DNA of 38,509 nt from Candidatus Methanoplasma sp. GTDB lineage: Archaea; Thermoplasmatota; Thermoplasmata; Methanomassiliicoccales; Methanomethylophilaceae. The translations under genes were made by a program, and so were the position numbers. The notes under the pieces were generated by a model that worked only from the letters and a program-made list of their open reading frames with translations, did not search any database and was not told where the DNA came from. Below are positions 36,802 to 38,509 of this stretch, piece by piece. Location: contig JAITCQ010000010.1 of assembly GCA_031283015.1 (NCBI GenBank), positions 1 to 38,509 of the forward strand, given 5' to 3'. How positions within the stretch are numbered: the first letter of the stretch is position 1; each line of letters begins with the position of its first letter.

Positions 36802-37884
36802 TCACGCCCTCCTTCCCGAGAACCTGTGCGCAATGCTGCAACTGCCTTCCTCCGATACCATACATGGTCCTTTCGGACTAGCGGGTCTGCATGCGGTCCC
36901 GAACATTGGGCAGTCCTCCGATCTTATGAGTCCCCTCAGGACCTCCCCGCACCTGCATCCCGCCGCCTCCGCCTCCACTTCCGGGACGGCGGACAGTGTC
37001 TCCCTGTGAACGACCGTCGCGTCGTGCTCCGCAAACTCCTTCTTGAGGGCCAATGCGCTCTTAGGTATGACTGGGAACCCTCTCCATTCTCTGTCGACGG
37101 GATCGAACGTGTCTTCCATAAGCTTCCTTGCGGCGGGGTTGCCGTTCTCCTTGACCAACCGAGTATACTCGTTCTCCACCTCGGAACGGCCTTCCTCGAT
37201 CTGTTTTGTCAGCATGTACGCCGCCATGAATATGTCCAGAGGCTCGAACCCTGCGACGACCTGCGGCATCCCATATCTCTCGGAGAATGTCCTGAAGGGT
37301 CCCAGGCCGGTTATGACGGCAACATGTCCCGGCATTATCATGCCGTTCATCTTCGTCTCGCCCATCTCGAATATGGCCTCCAATATCGGCGGGCATATCC
37401 TGTGACAGCTGTAGACGCTGAAGTTCTTCGGCAGCCCTCCTTTGTTCAAAGGGACGCAGGTCGACGGCGCCGTGGTCTCGAACCCCACTGACACGAAGAC
37501 CAGCGGCTTCGTCTGTTCGGATGCCATCCTGACCGCGTCCTCTATCGAATACACTATCCTCACGTCCGCCCCGTCCGCTTTCGCGTCAAAAAGGGAGCCG
37601 ATGGTTGTGGGAACGCGCATCATATCCCCGAATGCGGTTATCGTCACGCCGCTGCGGGCGAGGGTTATCGCGTCGGCGATCTCTTTGCTGGTGGTCACGC
37701 ACACGGGGCACCCCGGACCCTGACATATCTCTACCCCCGCGTCCGCCAGCATCTCTTCCAGACCGAACCTGACTATCGTGTCCTGATGGGTGCCGCAGAC
37801 GTGCATGAACCTGCTCTTTATGCCTGTGTCCTTTATGGCGGACAGTATCTTCTTTGCGGTGTCCCCGTCCCTGTATTTGAACAT
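36802..37884 (-). CDS. hypD: Hydrogenase maturation protein HypD
   Basis: MHVCGTH, GPGCPVCVT, GFETTAP, PGHV, GFEP, CRCGEVLRG, GPCMVSEEGSC. Confidence 0.96.
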   Translation of the reverse strand: MFKYRDGDTAKKILSAIKDTGIKSRFMHVCGTHQDTIVRFGLEEMLADAGVEICQGPGCPVCVTTSKEIADAITLARSGVTITAFGDMMRVPTTIGSLFDAKADGADVRIVYSIEDAVRMASEQTKPLVFVSVGFETTAPSTCVPLNKGGLPKNFSVYSCHRICPPILEAIFEMGETKMNGMIMPGHVAVITGLGPFRTFSERYGMPQVVAGFEPLDIFMAAYMLTKQIEEGRSEVENEYTRLVKENGNPAARKLMEDTFDPVDREWRGFPVIPKSALALKKEFAEHDATVVHRETLSAVPEVEAEAAGCRCGEVLRGLIRSEDCPMFGTACRPASPKGPCMVSEEGSCSIAHRFSGRRA

Positions 37885-38264
37885 CAGCCGGTCTCCTCGA
37901 TCTCTATCGACCTGACGCAGCATGCCTTTCCTGCGGTGACCGTCACCGCGCCGCCGCATTCCGGGCATGATAGGATCGGTATCTGGTAGTGAGCGTCCTC
38001 ACCCATGCCGATGCTCTTTGCGGGTCCTTCGTACCCGCATCTCCCGCAGCACACCTTTATCTCTTCGGATTCTATCACAAGCCTGGAACCCTCCAGAACT
38101 GTTTCCTTAGACATCACTTCATATGCGAACTCCAGCTGTTCGGACCCGAGATTGGTCAGTTTCCCCACCGTCAGGGCCACTTCTTTGACCGAAATGACGT
38201 CGTATTTTTCAAGTTCCTTTTTTATGGCGGTCATAAGGTCGGCCATTACGGAAACTTCGTGCAT
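37884..38264 (-). CDS. hypA: Hydrogenase nickel metallochaperone HypA
   Basis: MHEVSV N-terminus and two CxxC motifs (CGRC, CPEC). Overlaps the hypD start. Confidence 0.94.
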   Translation of the reverse strand: MHEVSVMADLMTAIKKELEKYDVISVKEVALTVGKLTNLGSEQLEFAYEVMSKETVLEGSRLVIESEEIKVCCGRCGYEGPAKSIGMGEDAHYQIPILSCPECGGAVTVTAGKACCVRSIEIEETG

Positions 38265-38322
38265 CGAGGACGTATGGACCTTCGAATATATACTCAATCT
38301 GTTAAAGATGCGCCCGGAGAGA

Positions 38323-38508
38323 TCAAATGATCGCGATCATCTGATTGAGGGCATTACTGTGGTTTTTTCCCGTCGGAGTGAACCCACATGACTCATAATA
38401 TTCGAGCAACGGGTCTCGGCAGTCGAGCCGGACGACCCTGCATCCGAACATCTCGTTGCCTTTTGAGAATGCGTCAAGTGCATGTTCGATCATCATTCTC
38501 CCGAACCC
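38323..38508 (-). CDS. GNAT acetyltransferase, C-terminal part (start outside the window)
   Basis: Manual translation GFGRMMIEHALDAFSKGNEMFGCRVVRLDCRDPLLEYYESCGF...AII*, with GxG and YxxxGF motifs. Confidence 0.7.
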   Translation of the reverse strand, partial: GFGRMMIEHALDAFSKGNEMFGCRVVRLDCRDPLLEYYESCGFTPTGKNHSNALNQMIAII

Positions 38509-38509
38509 C

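Overview
This is a 38.5 kb archaeal chromosomal segment, most consistent with a Methanomassiliicoccales methanogen (inference). Support for that: archaeal-type GlyRS and ValRS, hdrBC, hypAD, TATA boxes, a large beta-helix adhesin, and no TAG stop codons. From left to right it holds: (1) a housekeeping block (ferredoxin, amidohydrolase, Usp, CBS protein, glyS, a CBS-HPF fusion resembling a ribosome hibernation factor, valS, DEAD-box helicase, DUF1846); (2) a decayed MNT-HEPN toxin-antitoxin locus and an atypical tRNA-Gly(GCC); (3) an ~11.4 kb block bracketed by an exact 17-bp direct repeat, carrying hdrC-hdrB-cooS, MarR, a CPA2 antiporter, an Acr3-like exporter, an ArsR-HMA-P1B ATPase operon and an M18 peptidase; (4) a ~1350-aa surface adhesin; (5) a cluster of two UbiA/MenA prenyltransferases, a UbiE/MenG methyltransferase, a radical SAM enzyme and a BASS transporter, interrupted by dinD; (6) a DNA alkylation-repair group (DUF1848, ogt, AlkD-like); (7) hypA-hypD plus an unknown gene, and a partial GNAT. 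The best candidates for undescribed biology are the prenyltransferase/methyltransferase/radical SAM cluster, the non-canonical CooS linked to HdrBC, and the repeat-bounded block at tRNA-Gly. All family calls come from motif recognition by eye; no searches were run.
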